The notes beneath the pieces were generated by a model. That model saw only the letters and a list, made by a program, of their open reading frames with translations. It was not told the origin of the DNA and searched no databases. Made by a program: the position numbers and the translations under genes. Positions 10,129-21,177 of a DNA stretch of 64,000 bases are shown here, one piece after another. The first letter of the stretch is position 1. The number at the start of each line of letters is the position of its first letter. Source of the stretch: an uncultured virus (IMG/VR IMGVR_UViG_3300042477_000445) (Duplodnaviria; Heunggongvirae; Uroviricota; Caudoviricetes); IMG/VR virus record IMGVR_UViG_3300042477_000445, positions 1 to 64,000 of that record. One strand, given 5' to 3'.

Positions 10129-11274
10129 ATGGCAGACATTAATTCTTCGCCAAATAATTTAGCTGGAAATGTGGTTCTTGAGAGAGCTGCTGTTATCCCT
10201 GTTTCTAGAGAAGCCTTATTAAATCAATATTTAAGAGATTTAACAGTACCAAACATAGATAGTAAAAGAACTTTTTATAAAGGTTTGGTGACTTTTATTG
10301 TAGACGAAAATAGTAGTGAATTTAGACTAGATGACATATTTTTGGATGCAATTGCAGAACAAGATAGAAATTCTAATACTAATACTACAAAAAATAACAA
10401 AAAACTACTATTTGTTCATATACCATTCTTTACAACAAGTAGTAGAATAAATACAACAGAGATATCAAATTATGATAACTTTAATAAACTAAAAGTCTTT
10501 TACAACGAAGATAAACCAATAAAAGTTGGAGATATAGCACTAATAGAATTTGAAACAAAACAAAATTTTTTGTTTCCAATAGTAAAACAAATAATACCAT
10601 CAGAAACAGCATTTAAACCTGGAAATACAGAAATATCATTAACCGCTTTTCAAGATGTACAACCATATCCCTCTTTAAATATATCCCCTCCTGAGTCACA
10701 AGATCAAATACAAAAAAAAGAAATAACTCGTCCAGGTGGTGGGTATAGTGATGCTTTAAAAGAAATAGAAAAAGTTTTTCAATCAGATTTTATAGAATAT
10801 TACACAGAATTACTTCAAGATCCAGACAAAAAAGTTAAAATTAATTTAAAAATTGAAAAAGTTACTGCTCTTGAAGAATTATATAATTATTTAACAAGTT
10901 TACCAATAACAACAAATTATCAAATTATTCCGGAAAACGATCCAACAAAAAAAGATTATTTAGTATATATTTATGCTTCTTCACAGACAGAAAACATAAA
11001 TAATGTTGGATTTACTAATGGGTTTTTTAATTATATAAAACAATATTTTTCTTCTACTTTAAAGTTTAGTATAAATCCGATATCTTTTGGAGATGATTTT
11101 AGGTTTTCTTTAGATGTAAATTTAAACGAATTAAACGGTTCTAGTAAAACTTTAAATAATTATTTAGAAATTTCAAAACAAACTTCTCTAGATGTTCAAA
11201 AAAATTATGTGTTTGAAAATATACCGCAAAAATCTATTCCGGGAATAATTACTGATAACACAGGTATAGCGTAA
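10129..11274 (+). CDS. Hypothetical protein, possibly baseplate hub (gp5 N-terminal-like)
   Basis: PIKVGDIALIEF resembles the gp5/Vgr OB-fold motif; position before spike-like gene. Confidence 0.4.
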   Translation: MADINSSPNNLAGNVVLERAAVIPVSREALLNQYLRDLTVPNIDSKRTFYKGLVTFIVDENSSEFRLDDIFLDAIAEQDRNSNTNTTKNNKKLLFVHIPFFTTSSRINTTEISNYDNFNKLKVFYNEDKPIKVGDIALIEFETKQNFLFPIVKQIIPSETAFKPGNTEISLTAFQDVQPYPSLNISPPESQDQIQKKEITRPGGGYSDALKEIEKVFQSDFIEYYTELLQDPDKKVKINLKIEKVTALEELYNYLTSLPITTNYQIIPENDPTKKDYLVYIYASSQTENINNVGFTNGFFNYIKQYFSSTLKFSINPISFGDDFRFSLDVNLNELNGSSKTLNNYLEISKQTSLDVQKNYVFENIPQKSIPGIITDNTGIA

Positions 11275-11290
11275 AATATAGGAATTTTAT

Positions 11291-12349
11291 ATGTCCGTAA
11301 TTAATACTTCAAATGTTGATTCTTTAGTTTTTCAGATGCAATCTATAGAGGCTGCATTAAAACAAAATATAGAGCAACAAAAAAAGACGGTAGAAAATTT
11401 TGTTAGAGCGCAAAAAGATAAAATTAAATCTTCAGAAAATTTAAGCAAAAAATTAGCAGAAGGATCAATTTTACCAGAAGAATATCAAAAAAAGATAAAA
11501 GAAGTAGATGATAACTTAAATCAAATTTATCATCGCAGTCCGACACCGGATGTTCAAAAAGGTAAAAACGGCAGTATTGTTGCCAAACATAAAAATAAAT
11601 TAGGTTTTATTTTTATTGGAGATACATTAAATGCAGAAGAAAATGATTTATTTAATGTAAATTCTCCTAAAATAACTCTTGCCGTTGGTGGCGCACTAGA
11701 GACCTCTTTCAATCCATTTAAAAACAATCCTGCATTTGTTGACCCTAGAGAAGAATTTATACCACAAGCATCGGCACAAATACATCTCATTTCCAGTTCG
11801 GATATAGACGTGGAAGGAATAGCCGCTCAATCTGCGTTTAGAAACAAATCTGCTGTAAAAATTAGATCAGATGTGCTAGATTTTTCCGCCAATCAAGCAG
11901 TAATAATAAGAAGTTTAAACACTCCCTATATTGCTGGAGTTAGATCGTATTCTCCTGGCGGTGTTCATATAGTTTCTGGAAAGGGAGAAGGGTCAAATTT
12001 TAAAGAACCAGAACCAATGGTTTTAGGAACATCTTTAAATTTTGTTTTAAATGATATTATGAAATTAATTGGAGATATAATATCTGTAATTAAAGATATA
12101 AATACTGGAATAATTTCACTAAAAACGGTTTTATCTTTACACACACACATAGTTCCACTACCAACTCCAATACCAACAGCACCCTCTGTAGAATTAGTGA
12201 CTCACAACACTACAACTGCTATTACAGAAGATCTGTTGAATACTGGAAATTTATATTCAATTTTGTTTAATGCAGAACTTTTAAAGTTAAATGATTTAAT
12301 GGAAATGTCTCCAAAATCTTTTACAAGCAAATTTAATAGGGTAAATTAA
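11291..12349 (+). CDS. Baseplate hub/spike-like protein (gp5 C-terminal-like)
   Basis: Beta-strand-rich middle, EPMVLG, and HTH (HxH) spike-tip motif at 12140-12148. Confidence 0.55.
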   Translation: MSVINTSNVDSLVFQMQSIEAALKQNIEQQKKTVENFVRAQKDKIKSSENLSKKLAEGSILPEEYQKKIKEVDDNLNQIYHRSPTPDVQKGKNGSIVAKHKNKLGFIFIGDTLNAEENDLFNVNSPKITLAVGGALETSFNPFKNNPAFVDPREEFIPQASAQIHLISSSDIDVEGIAAQSAFRNKSAVKIRSDVLDFSANQAVIIRSLNTPYIAGVRSYSPGGVHIVSGKGEGSNFKEPEPMVLGTSLNFVLNDIMKLIGDIISVIKDINTGIISLKTVLSLHTHIVPLPTPIPTAPSVELVTHNTTTAITEDLLNTGNLYSILFNAELLKLNDLMEMSPKSFTSKFNRVN

Positions 12350-15300
12350 TGGCAAGACAAATTCCTTTGAGCGAAATAAGGCAGTATACTTCTAGAAGTA
12401 ACGTAAATACTTGGTTGCCAAGTATTAGTGGTAATTTAGTTAATTTTGCAAAAACTTTTACTTTGAACGGCGAAAATTATAATGGAGCAAGCAGTTTAGG
12501 AGAAATTAATTCAAATACAATATTTGGAAAAGGTAAAGATGAACTTGGAAAAACATATGACAATACTAAAGTATTAGAAGAAAATTTACTTAAATTTTAT
12601 TTAACATTGTATTGCCTACTGCAAGATCCATTAAAAAACCAGAAATTTGCTGGACCTTCAATAGAAGGAACTGCAACAGTCAAAAACGATCGTCTTTTTA
12701 CAAAAGATTTACAAAATTTATTTTTTAATTTACAAACATATAATACAAATCTAATAACTCCAAACACAGAAATAGCGAAAAAAATATCAAGATCTATTAC
12801 ATGTGATGCAGTTAGATATTACAAAAAAGATTTGGTTGGCGATGTTGATCCTATTCAAGATCAAGTTAAATTTACAAATTTAATTAAATTTGCTCAAAAA
12901 CTAAATGGAAATTATCAAAAGAATGTTGCAGGAGTTTTAGGAAAAGTTACTTACGATAGTATTATTAAACATACTTTATATTCATTATTAAAACAAAATA
13001 ATTTTATAAAAGATTTAGAATCAACTGATGCTTGGACAGTTAAAGCTTCAAAGGTACAACCAACAAAAACAGATATTTTTGTTGACGTTGCAGGTGGACC
13101 TTATTTAAGAGCGTTTCCAGTTGCTTGTGTGGTTTTTAACGATACTTCTGGTAAAACTTTGAATGAATTATTGCCAACAGCAAATAATTTAGTTGGACAA
13201 GCTTTTGGGAGAAAATTAGACGGGACAAATCAATTAGTTACAACAATAATTGATAAAGAAAAAAATTTCCTAGAAGTTCAAAATAGAGCAACAGGTTCCT
13301 CACTTTACTGTATTGTTTATGACTTAATAAAAGTATTGGTTTTAGATCCAATTCCAGAAGAAAACATCTTTTTAGATTTAATAAAAATAGGTCTTTCGCT
13401 ATTAAGTCGTAAAGGCTTTACACAAAAATATAAATTTACTAAAGACAGTCTATTTAAACAAATAAGTGAAATTAAAAATTATTTAAATGCTAATTTTACT
13501 AATTTAGATAATAATAAATATAACATCTTATATCAAAATAAACATAATCTAGAAACATCATATATTTTAAAAGATGCCATAGAATCAATAAAACCAAAAA
13601 CAGCAAAAGAATTTTCTGTTCAAATACAAAATCTAGGTAATTCATTAGAAAATGTTTATCAACAAATCTTGCAAAGTGTTAATACAGATGCCTTTTATCT
13701 ACATTTTGACACTTTTTATAATTTGCTGGCGGTAACAGCCGACAAACAAATAACAGCATCTACACAATCTCCTCCTGCTGATGGACCATTTGTCTTAGAA
13801 GAATACTCGGCTAAAGGATTGGAATCTGATCTAATAAAAACATTTTTTCAAAATTCAAACACATTACCAAAGTATGGAGATAAAGACCTTTATGAGTTTA
13901 ATCCAATCATTGCTCAAACACAAAAAATTATTTCTATAACTGATTCTTTTATTTCTGAATTTTATGGAATTTTAGACGATCAAGAGTCTTTATTATTATA
14001 TGATACTGATGAAAATTCTACAGTTGATGATGTTAAGACAATTTTAAATATAAATTTATTAAAATTAATTGATGATAGAACGGGTGGGAAATATAAATTA
14101 AGTAAAAGTAATTATATTTCTAAAGATGCTCAAGGAAAGGTAAATACAGTTTCTTTGCCCCCTAGTATCAATAAATTAGATATAAATACTTTAAACTATT
14201 CTTTTGACTCTGTCGGAATTCCAAAAATAAAATTACAAACTTTAAGTCACTTTTTGTTCACTGATTTAATTACAAACCCAAAAGAAGATGATTTTATAAA
14301 ACTAATTTATTATCCAAGATTAAAGTTGTCTACTAGCACATCGTTACCTACTGATGAAACAGATAGAAGAAAATCCGAACCACCAGAAGATAAACGAGAA
14401 AGAAGTGGTTTGGAAGGTATACCAATACCAAAATTAGATGATGTGCTAAATCCAAAAGAAAAAAATAGAGATTTCTTAATAAATAATATTATCACTAGCG
14501 AACTAGCATGTTATGAAGACATTGCTGAGAGTATAGATGCTTTAGTAAATTCTGATTTTTCACCAGAGGAAAAAATCTCTAAAGTTTTTAAAGTAATATA
14601 TAACATAGGATTTCCGTTTCTATTGGCAACAGTTTCACAAATAATATCTTCTAAGTTATCAGAATTGCTAAAAGACGGGGAGACAATAGATCCAGATCTT
14701 CTTGCTTGCGTAAATAAAGATCTAGATAAAGTTAAAAAAACAATTATAAATTATGCTGATCTTCTAGCAAACCTAGATAATGCAGAACAATTAGCAGGTT
14801 TATTTTTACAAGAAATTCCAGACATACCACAGATCCCAAATATACCATATTTATTAACTTTTGATTCAGAAGAGGAATTAAAAAGAAAAGTTATTCAATA
14901 TGTTATAGATGGAGTAATGCAATTCTTGTCTGGGGCAATTAAAAAAGTTTTAAAGAATTTTATTGATATTTGTAATGCTGATAGTTATTTGTTTGCATTT
15001 TTACAAAGCGCCTTTGATTTAGGAGAGGATACTGGTAAAAAACTTAGTTCTCCAACTCCATCGGGCATGGTTGCAGGCAATATAAGCCCAGTCTATATAC
15101 CAGTATCTATAACCGACATAAATGACTTGATAGATAAAAGTGGCATTGAGACAAAAGAGTTTGTTTATGAAGCTTTTAGAAAAACATTTTTTGTTAATAA
15201 AACAGAATATGGCGATCAAGAAATCTCTATATTCTTTTCAAAGATTAGTGAAGTTGTAGATGCTGGAGAAATGGCATCATTATTAAAAGGAACATCTAGT

Positions 15301-16821
15301 ATTGAAACGAGAAATGTTGTTCTAGGTTTTATAAAAAATTATCTTGTTTCTTCATCTGGTGTTGGTAAATTTTATCTTGTAATTTCTGATGATCAAGGCA
15401 TACAATTATTGTTTTCTTTTCTATCACAATATATAAATTATAGATTGTGTTATGAACAACTTAGTAAATCAATAGCAAATTTCACTCCAACAGTTTGTTT
15501 TAATCCAAATTCAAAATTTGATGAGTATAACAAAATTTTTAACGAAGATGCTATTGAACAAGAAAAAAACAACTTGTTAAGATCATTAGATGATTTATGT
15601 TCTACAAAATTACCTGATGTTTTTGATTTACTTGATAATGGACCAACTGTTGTAACAAAGAATTTTATAAAAACAATTGTAAATGCAGTAAGTGTTGCGA
15701 CATCTTATAAGCCACAAATATTGTCTGTAGGACCGCAACCAGTAACTCCTCAATCAATATATGATTCTGCTCTTTTGTTAGAAGAAGGACAAAATACACT
15801 AAATTTAATAAAAAAATTAAAAGAAAAATCAAGTTATATATTGAACCAAGCGTTTAGGATTGGTATGTCATTTACTGATTATAATTTTCTTATTACATAT
15901 CCAGGAGGACAAGTTGCAGGAGTGACTTATAATGATTATCCAGAACCAACAATAAAAGATAATAAAATTATAGCAGTTCAATCCCCAACGGCAAGATTTT
16001 TTCAGAGAATTGGTTATGAAAATAATATTACTACAACAAAATATGTTGATTTTGAAAATGAATATGAATTTACTAAAAATTTTGTAACTCAATTTTTAGA
16101 TGCTGTAAAATGGAAAAACATAGAAAAACCAGCATATCAAAATAATCCAACGCTTTCTCTTTATAATGAAAAAATTTCTGATAATTTTATTTTTGATGAG
16201 TATTTTGCAAAACAATCTAAAGTTCCAGAAAATGTTGCAAAACTATGGAAAACTGTTAGAAAAGAAGGAATTTTAAACTATACGAACATATCTAATGAAA
16301 AATATCAAGAAAATATTTTTATCTCTGAATTATTATGGCTTTATTATTTATATCTACTATCTAATTTTCATCAACCATTTATCGATGAAGTTAATAAATC
16401 AGTCGGTTCAGAAGAAGAAGACAATACAATAAAACAATTATTTAAAGTAGTAAAAGAAACTCCATCTTTGGAACAATATTATATTTTCTCCGCAAAAATT
16501 TATGAAATGGCATATCAATTAGAGCAAGAATTATTAGGAGACAGCACTATAATAGATGAAGATTTGAAACCTTGGTTAAATTTAGAAATTAACAAATTCC
16601 CACTATATGCGATTAATCGTGGTAATTATAGTGAAGAAATAAAAACATATGTTAAAAATCTTGGTAACTATGCAATTAAAACAGACATGGGAGCGATAGA
16701 TGGATATTTAAAAGAATATGAAATTTTTAGAAAAACAGATACAAGAATATACGACTCAATATCTCCAGGAGTACCTGTTTCAGATCCAAATTTGATAATA
16801 AACTTTATTGAGGAAGAATAA
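12349..16821 (+). CDS. Large hypothetical virion protein (1490 aa)
   Basis: Long ORF inside the baseplate module; no motif recognised. Confidence 0.6.
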   Translation: MARQIPLSEIRQYTSRSNVNTWLPSISGNLVNFAKTFTLNGENYNGASSLGEINSNTIFGKGKDELGKTYDNTKVLEENLLKFYLTLYCLLQDPLKNQKFAGPSIEGTATVKNDRLFTKDLQNLFFNLQTYNTNLITPNTEIAKKISRSITCDAVRYYKKDLVGDVDPIQDQVKFTNLIKFAQKLNGNYQKNVAGVLGKVTYDSIIKHTLYSLLKQNNFIKDLESTDAWTVKASKVQPTKTDIFVDVAGGPYLRAFPVACVVFNDTSGKTLNELLPTANNLVGQAFGRKLDGTNQLVTTIIDKEKNFLEVQNRATGSSLYCIVYDLIKVLVLDPIPEENIFLDLIKIGLSLLSRKGFTQKYKFTKDSLFKQISEIKNYLNANFTNLDNNKYNILYQNKHNLETSYILKDAIESIKPKTAKEFSVQIQNLGNSLENVYQQILQSVNTDAFYLHFDTFYNLLAVTADKQITASTQSPPADGPFVLEEYSAKGLESDLIKTFFQNSNTLPKYGDKDLYEFNPIIAQTQKIISITDSFISEFYGILDDQESLLLYDTDENSTVDDVKTILNINLLKLIDDRTGGKYKLSKSNYISKDAQGKVNTVSLPPSINKLDINTLNYSFDSVGIPKIKLQTLSHFLFTDLITNPKEDDFIKLIYYPRLKLSTSTSLPTDETDRRKSEPPEDKRERSGLEGIPIPKLDDVLNPKEKNRDFLINNIITSELACYEDIAESIDALVNSDFSPEEKISKVFKVIYNIGFPFLLATVSQIISSKLSELLKDGETIDPDLLACVNKDLDKVKKTIINYADLLANLDNAEQLAGLFLQEIPDIPQIPNIPYLLTFDSEEELKRKVIQYVIDGVMQFLSGAIKKVLKNFIDICNADSYLFAFLQSAFDLGEDTGKKLSSPTPSGMVAGNISPVYIPVSITDINDLIDKSGIETKEFVYEAFRKTFFVNKTEYGDQEISIFFSKISEVVDAGEMASLLKGTSSIETRNVVLGFIKNYLVSSSGVGKFYLVISDDQGIQLLFSFLSQYINYRLCYEQLSKSIANFTPTVCFNPNSKFDEYNKIFNEDAIEQEKNNLLRSLDDLCSTKLPDVFDLLDNGPTVVTKNFIKTIVNAVSVATSYKPQILSVGPQPVTPQSIYDSALLLEEGQNTLNLIKKLKEKSSYILNQAFRIGMSFTDYNFLITYPGGQVAGVTYNDYPEPTIKDNKIIAVQSPTARFFQRIGYENNITTTKYVDFENEYEFTKNFVTQFLDAVKWKNIEKPAYQNNPTLSLYNEKISDNFIFDEYFAKQSKVPENVAKLWKTVRKEGILNYTNISNEKYQENIFISELLWLYYLYLLSNFHQPFIDEVNKSVGSEEEDNTIKQLFKVVKETPSLEQYYIFSAKIYEMAYQLEQELLGDSTIIDEDLKPWLNLEINKFPLYAINRGNYSEEIKTYVKNLGNYAIKTDMGAIDGYLKEYEIFRKTDTRIYDSISPGVPVSDPNLIINFIEEE

Positions 16822-16833
16822 GAAGGATTTAAT

Positions 16834-17541
16834 ATGCTTGGTTATGGATTAGCAAATTCTTATACGCAAAAATTTTCAGTAGAAAATATAGTATATTCTT
16901 TTTTAAATCGATGTATTATTTCAAATCTAACGTATTTGTTAGGAATTAAAATTATTATTAATAGAAATATAAATCCAGATGTTTTATTCTTATCTGATCT
17001 TCTAAAGCCGAACATAGAAAGCCTTGATGAATATCAAATTTATGTTGATGAATTATATAATTTATTTATAGAGGAAGAATATCATCTAACAAGAGCAATA
17101 GAAGTTGACAACACAAATCTAGAGATAGATTATCAAAAAGAATTATATAAATATTTAATGTCTTCAAACGTCATAAACAACAAAGATTATAATTTTGATA
17201 AAAAATTAAAAGAAGAAGTAATATTAGAAGGTGAAAATAATTTAAAAAAAATATTTAAAAACGTTTTACTACTATATTTAAACAGCTCCATACCTTTAAC
17301 TGGAAACTCACCAGAAGTTAATAATCTTCTTAATAACGAAGGATCATCTTTATTTATAAGACCAGATCTTGAATTTGTTTTACCACTAGTATTTACAAGA
17401 TATAGGAAGGATTTATTACTACTTAAATCAAGTGGGTTTTTTAATTTTTATGATAAAAATAAATTTTTAGATATAAGAAATAATTACTTAGAGATTCTAA
17501 AAAGACAAGTAAGTGGTCTGGGCGGGCAAAGGATTATATAA
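16834..17541 (+). CDS. Hypothetical protein
   Basis: ORF with AAGGA RBS. Confidence 0.6.
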   Translation: MLGYGLANSYTQKFSVENIVYSFLNRCIISNLTYLLGIKIIINRNINPDVLFLSDLLKPNIESLDEYQIYVDELYNLFIEEEYHLTRAIEVDNTNLEIDYQKELYKYLMSSNVINNKDYNFDKKLKEEVILEGENNLKKIFKNVLLLYLNSSIPLTGNSPEVNNLLNNEGSSLFIRPDLEFVLPLVFTRYRKDLLLLKSSGFFNFYDKNKFLDIRNNYLEILKRQVSGLGGQRII

Positions 17542-17542
17542 A

Positions 17543-17923
17543 ATGGCGCAAGGAATATCAGTTTCACTACCTCTTTTTTATGATAAGCAAGATGGACCAT
17601 TTAAATTAAATAAAACAATACAAGAATCGGTCAAACAGAATTTTAAAAATTTAATTCTTACAAACAAAGGGGAAAGAATAATGGATCCTCTGTTTGGAGT
17701 TGGTATTTATTCTTATTTGTTTGAAAATTATTCACAAGCAACTCAATCCATAATTAATGCAGAAGTGGTATCACAAGTAAATAAATATTTACCATTTATT
17801 ACAATACAACAACTTTTATTAAATGAAACCTCGACAAATTTAAATCAATTTTATATTTATATAAAGTACTCTATAAATTCTTTAGATGTATTGGACGAAC
17901 TTAGTTTTGTCGTAACAAGATAG
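17543..17923 (+). CDS. Baseplate wedge subunit, T4 gp25-like
   Basis: KQNFKNLILTNKGERIMDPLFGVGI-YLFE ... YLPFI motif. Confidence 0.92.
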   Translation: MAQGISVSLPLFYDKQDGPFKLNKTIQESVKQNFKNLILTNKGERIMDPLFGVGIYSYLFENYSQATQSIINAEVVSQVNKYLPFITIQQLLLNETSTNLNQFYIYIKYSINSLDVLDELSFVVTR

Positions 17924-17935
17924 TGAGAAACAAAT

Positions 17936-19726
17936 ATGATTAAAACTAAACCACCTATTTCTTATACAAGCAGAGATTTTGCTTCTATCAGAAATGATTT
18001 AATAAATTATGTAAAGGTATATTACCCAGATACATATAAAGATTTCAACGAAGCGTCTTTCGGAGCTTTGATGGTCGATATGGTTGCATATGTTGGCGAT
18101 ATTTTGTCATATTATGTTGATTATCAGACAAATGAATCTTTTATAGAAACAGCAATAGAGAGAAATAATCTTATAAAAATTGCCAAACAAATGGGATACA
18201 AATTTACTGGATCCCCTTCCTCTACTGGTATTTCTGCATTTTATGTTTCTGTTCCTGCTTTGGCAAATGGTGGTGGAGAAAATACAGATCTAATACCTGT
18301 CTTGAAAAAAGGTACTTTATTAGGATCGGATTCTGGAGCATCTTTTATATTGGCAGAAGATCTAGATTTTTCAAATCCAAAAGCGGAAAAGAAAGTAATA
18401 AAAGAAACTGCAAACAGCAATCCAACTGGTTATGCTTACAAAATGTATGGCAAAATAATCTCTGGTGAGGTTAGACAAAAGCAAATTGTTATTGGAGATT
18501 ATGAAAAATTTTTAAAATTACAAATTGATGATGAAAGAATATCAGAAGTTATTAGTGTTTACGATTCTGTTGGTAATGAATACTATGAAGTAGATTATTT
18601 AACACAAGACACAATATATAGAGAAATTAAAAATACTTCCTCAGATTCAATAAATGCTCCATTTTTTTTGAAAGAATTTCAAACATTTAGAAAGTTTGTT
18701 ACTGAATTTGATGAAGATGGAAATTGTTATTTACAATTTGGATTTGGATCGGAAACAGAGTTTGTAGAAAACAATTTTCCAGATCCAAGCGACGTATCTT
18801 TACAACTATTTGGAAAAAACTATTATACAGATAGTTTATTTGATCCAAACGTAATATCAACAACAGAAACACTAGGAATATCTCCAGCAAATACAACTTT
18901 AACAATTGTATACAGAGTCAATACAAGTGATACAGTTAATGCAGCGGTTTCTACTGTTAATGTTGTTGTGGATCCTGTATTAAGTTTTCAAACAAACAAT
19001 TATTCACAAACGGAAGCGTCTTCTTTGTTGCTAGGTCTAGAAGTTGATAACGAAGAACCGATTGTTGGGTCAGCAGAAATTGTAAGTAATCAGGAAATAA
19101 GATTAAGAGCGTATGGAGCTTTTGCAACTCAAAATAGAGCAGTTACAAAACAAGATTATGTTTCAATAGCATATAGAATGCCTTCTAAGTTTGGAACAGT
19201 TAAAAGAGTTTCTTTGGTGCAGGACTTAGATTCCTCCAAAAGAAATCTTAATCTTTATATCGTTTCTGTAACTTCTGATAATGAATTAACTTTAGCTACT
19301 GACACTATAAAACAAAATCTTAAAACGTGGATTTCTAAGTATAAAATGTTAAACGATACAGTGGACATTCTTGATGCCACAATTATAAATATAGGTATTA
19401 ATTTTGAAATAATCACAGAACTTACAAAAGACTCTACGATTATATTAAATGATTGCCTAACAAAGTTAAAAGAAATGTTTACAGAAAAAATGAATATTGG
19501 TGAACCACTTTATTTAACAGAAATTTATAAAACATTAAATGCTGTTCCTGGAGTCGTTGATACAAAATCCGTATCCGTTTTCCAAAAAACAGGATCTGGA
19601 TATAGTTCATCTCAGTTCCCAATATTTGATAATTTATCAAAGGACGGAAGATATCTGTCAGTACCAGAAAATGTAATATTAGAGATTAAGAGTCTTGATG
19701 ATGATATTACTGGAGTAACATTATAA
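17936..19726 (+). CDS. Baseplate wedge subunit, T4 gp6-like
   Basis: YTSRDFASIR, DFNEASFG, AYVGDILSYY-D-Q-NE, TQNRAVTKQDY. Confidence 0.93.
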   Translation: MIKTKPPISYTSRDFASIRNDLINYVKVYYPDTYKDFNEASFGALMVDMVAYVGDILSYYVDYQTNESFIETAIERNNLIKIAKQMGYKFTGSPSSTGISAFYVSVPALANGGGENTDLIPVLKKGTLLGSDSGASFILAEDLDFSNPKAEKKVIKETANSNPTGYAYKMYGKIISGEVRQKQIVIGDYEKFLKLQIDDERISEVISVYDSVGNEYYEVDYLTQDTIYREIKNTSSDSINAPFFLKEFQTFRKFVTEFDEDGNCYLQFGFGSETEFVENNFPDPSDVSLQLFGKNYYTDSLFDPNVISTTETLGISPANTTLTIVYRVNTSDTVNAAVSTVNVVVDPVLSFQTNNYSQTEASSLLLGLEVDNEEPIVGSAEIVSNQEIRLRAYGAFATQNRAVTKQDYVSIAYRMPSKFGTVKRVSLVQDLDSSKRNLNLYIVSVTSDNELTLATDTIKQNLKTWISKYKMLNDTVDILDATIINIGINFEIITELTKDSTIILNDCLTKLKEMFTEKMNIGEPLYLTEIYKTLNAVPGVVDTKSVSVFQKTGSGYSSSQFPIFDNLSKDGRYLSVPENVILEIKSLDDDITGVTL

Positions 19727-21177
19727 TGAGCATTAGAAGATATATAGCAAACTCAGATAATACCATAACAAATGCTTTCGAAGCAGATCTTACTACTCGC
19801 GGTACAGGGTCAAACATGGGAGCTTCTGATATTCTTGAAGTGTTTACCATCTACGGGCAAACAAGCGGCGCTTCTGGTTATACGAGAGAGGAATCAAGAA
19901 TTTTAATTAATTTTCCAATCTCAACAATTTCTTCGGATAGAACATCTAAATATATACCTGCTTCTGGTTCTGTGAGTTTTTTCTTAAAACTATACAATGC
20001 TATACATACATCCACAACTCCAACTAATTTTACTTTAAAAGTTGCCCCAGTTTCTGCTTCTTGGACTGAAGGCTTTGGTCTTGATATGGATGAGTATCAG
20101 GACCTTGGAGTATCAAATTGGATTTCTGCTTCTTTGACTTCTGGTTGGACTAATCAAGGTGGAGATTTTTTAACCGGTTCTGGGGCCTCTACTGGCTCTC
20201 AAACATTTGTTCTTGGAACTGAAGATTTAGATGTTGATATTACTGCTCAAGTTGAAAAATGGATCGCAGGAACAACTGGTTCATACGGACTCGCGGTTTA
20301 TCTAGATCCAGTACAAGCTACAGAGGCAAGATCATATTATACTAAAAAGTTCTTCGCAAGAACAAGTGAATTTCAATTATGGAGACCACACATAGAAGCA
20401 AGATGGAATTCTCAAATTGCAGACGATCGTGGTAATTTCTATATAAGCAGTTCTTTACTATCCACAGAAAATGTAAATACAGTATATCTTTACAACTATA
20501 GAAACGGAAAAGCAACAGATATTCCATCAATAGGAACTGGAAATGTTTATGTAAAAATCTATGAAACTCTTGGTGGTTCTGCTTCCTCTATGCCAGTTGC
20601 TGGTGGTGTTTCTGCGGGCAATACGTCGGTTGTAACGGGCGGTTGGGTTTCTACCGGTGTCTACTCCGCCTCGTTTGCTTACACGGGTTCTGCGTCAACA
20701 ATTTACGATGTATGGCAGAATCAAGCTGGTACAACTCTGTTTCACACAGGTACAATTTATCCAATAACTTACAATGCCTCTGGGGACTCGGATATACCAA
20801 ATTATGTATTAAAAGTCACAAATGCTCAACAAAAATATTATCAAAATGACAAGCCAAGACTAAGATTATTTGTTAGACAAAGGGATTGGAGTCCGACAAT
20901 ATATAATGTCGCTTCTACAGAAATAGAGTCTACAATAATCGAAAAAGCTTACTACCGCCTATTTAGAGTACAGGACAATTTTGATGTTGTCCCATATGGA
21001 ACAGGAAGTACACAACACACTCTCCTGTCTTTTGATGTAAGCGGAAACTACTTTGATTTTGATATGTCTATTCTAGAAAAAGGATATATGTACGGTTTCA
21101 AATTTGCTTTTGACTTACAGCAAAATGGTCAAATAGAAGAACAACCATATATCTTTAAATTTAGAGTAGAAGAATAA
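19726..21177 (+). CDS. Virion structural protein (baseplate-associated), Ser/Thr/Gly-rich
   Basis: Follows gp6; DNTI, SRILI-F, W-EG-G, W-NQGGD, RPHIE-RW pattern. Confidence 0.65.
   Translation: MSIRRYIANSDNTITNAFEADLTTRGTGSNMGASDILEVFTIYGQTSGASGYTREESRILINFPISTISSDRTSKYIPASGSVSFFLKLYNAIHTSTTPTNFTLKVAPVSASWTEGFGLDMDEYQDLGVSNWISASLTSGWTNQGGDFLTGSGASTGSQTFVLGTEDLDVDITAQVEKWIAGTTGSYGLAVYLDPVQATEARSYYTKKFFARTSEFQLWRPHIEARWNSQIADDRGNFYISSSLLSTENVNTVYLYNYRNGKATDIPSIGTGNVYVKIYETLGGSASSMPVAGGVSAGNTSVVTGGWVSTGVYSASFAYTGSASTIYDVWQNQAGTTLFHTGTIYPITYNASGDSDIPNYVLKVTNAQQKYYQNDKPRLRLFVRQRDWSPTIYNVASTEIESTIIEKAYYRLFRVQDNFDVVPYGTGSTQHTLLSFDVSGNYFDFDMSILEKGYMYGFKFAFDLQQNGQIEEQPYIFKFRVEE

Noticed and set aside
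12139..12149. (AC)n microsatellite
   Set aside because: Simply encodes the His-Thr-His motif; frame intact
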